A DNA stretch of 64,000 nt from Pseudomonadota bacterium (lineage in GTDB: Archaea > Thermoplasmatota > SW-10-69-26 > JACQPN01 > JAJPHT01): the NCBI GenBank assembly GCA_021325135.1, contig JAJPHT010000046.1:96001-160000 (forward strand), given 5' to 3'. The notes under the pieces were generated by a model, which worked only from the letters and a program-made list of their open reading frames with translations, was not told where the DNA came from and ran no database searches. The first letter of the stretch is position 1. Each line of letters starts with the position of its first letter. This document shows, piece after piece, positions 63,401 to 64,000 of this stretch. A program made the position numbers and the translations under genes.

Positions 63401-63949
63401 TCACGGCAGCGTGCTCTGCACGTCGCCCGACGTGCAGGCGACCTGGGGCAGGGCCGTGCCGGAGCCCCACGACGCGCCGCCCTGGTTCGCGTCGCCCACC
63501 GCGAGGAGGTAGAGGGCGCCGTAGGAGCTGACGCCCTCGGCGCAGAGGCCGTTGTAGGAGGCCTGGCCCTCCCACACGGACTCGCCCACGGAGGGGTGCG
63601 GCTGCGAGTAGTCCGTGCTGCCGACGTAGGCGAAGTAGCCGTGGCTGCCGTAGGCGTAGTCGTAGCCATACGAGGGGTTGTCGTAGCTCTGGTACGCGCT
63701 CTGCGCGCCGGCCTGCGCGACGTAGCCCGCGGGGAGGCCGCTCACCGTGACGGCCGTGGAGTTGGACTGCGCGTAGCCCGTGCCGCCGTAGAAGTCGGTG
63801 TACGAGTCGCGGCACGAGGAGGTGCTGGCGTCGACGAGGACGCCGCCGGCGCCCGCCTGGCGGTCCAGGGCCTGGCACTGGGGCGTGGCGAGGGCGGAGG
63901 AGGCGGAGAGCGCGAGCAGGCCGAGGATGATGGCAAAAGACCGGATCAT
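63401..63949 (-). CDS. Secreted Tyr/Gly/Ser-rich protein (182 aa)
   Basis: Signal peptide MIRSFAIILGLLALSASSALA; 4 Cys in mature part. Confidence 0.7.
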   Translation of the reverse strand: MIRSFAIILGLLALSASSALATPQCQALDRQAGAGGVLVDASTSSCRDSYTDFYGGTGYAQSNSTAVTVSGLPAGYVAQAGAQSAYQSYDNPSYGYDYAYGSHGYFAYVGSTDYSQPHPSVGESVWEGQASYNGLCAEGVSSYGALYLLAVGDANQGGASWGSGTALPQVACTSGDVQSTLP

Positions 63950-64000
63950 GGGACGATTCCCGGAGCCGCACGCTGCCGCCGGCCGTTTGAGCGTGTCGTC

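Overview
Very GC-rich (about 70% by eye) archaeal chromosome segment. Archaeal origin is shown by the RNA polymerase operon rpoH-rpoB''-rpoB'-rpoA'-rpoA'', RPA plus its partner, aEF-1beta with its zinc-finger neighbour, Dph2, MfnA-Hpt, a PAC2 proteasome chaperone, tRNA-Lys(UUU) without encoded CCA, and TATA-like boxes about 25-30 nt before leaderless starts. A Thermoplasmatota-like euryarchaeote is my inference, not a measured placement. The rest is metabolic and transport genes (livHMGF, MaeB, ALDH7, AguA/AguB, peptidases, a BoxB/PaaA-like di-iron protein), a VapBC pair, an orphan DNA methyltransferase, a SNF2 ATPase and many secreted, often Cys-rich proteins. I found no CRISPR array, rRNA, integrase or transposase. 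Main leads: (1) RpoA'' carries about 380 N-terminal residues including three tandem (HhH)2 domains that resemble NusA AR and RadA N-terminal domains, and the operon ends without rpl30e/nusA; (2) a secreted protein has 21 C-x-x-N-x-x-x-C repeats (candidate disulfide-stapled beta-solenoid), with a second carrier of the motif at 59.2 kb; (3) ChrB is split into two genes in reversed order behind three GTAAC-N4-GTTAC operators; (4) two families of dispersed palindromic intergenic elements; (5) an unannotated 39-aa ORF heads the RNAP operon; (6) the HbYX-encoding tail of PAC2 is duplicated in frame. All family calls come from motif recognition by eye, with no database searches.
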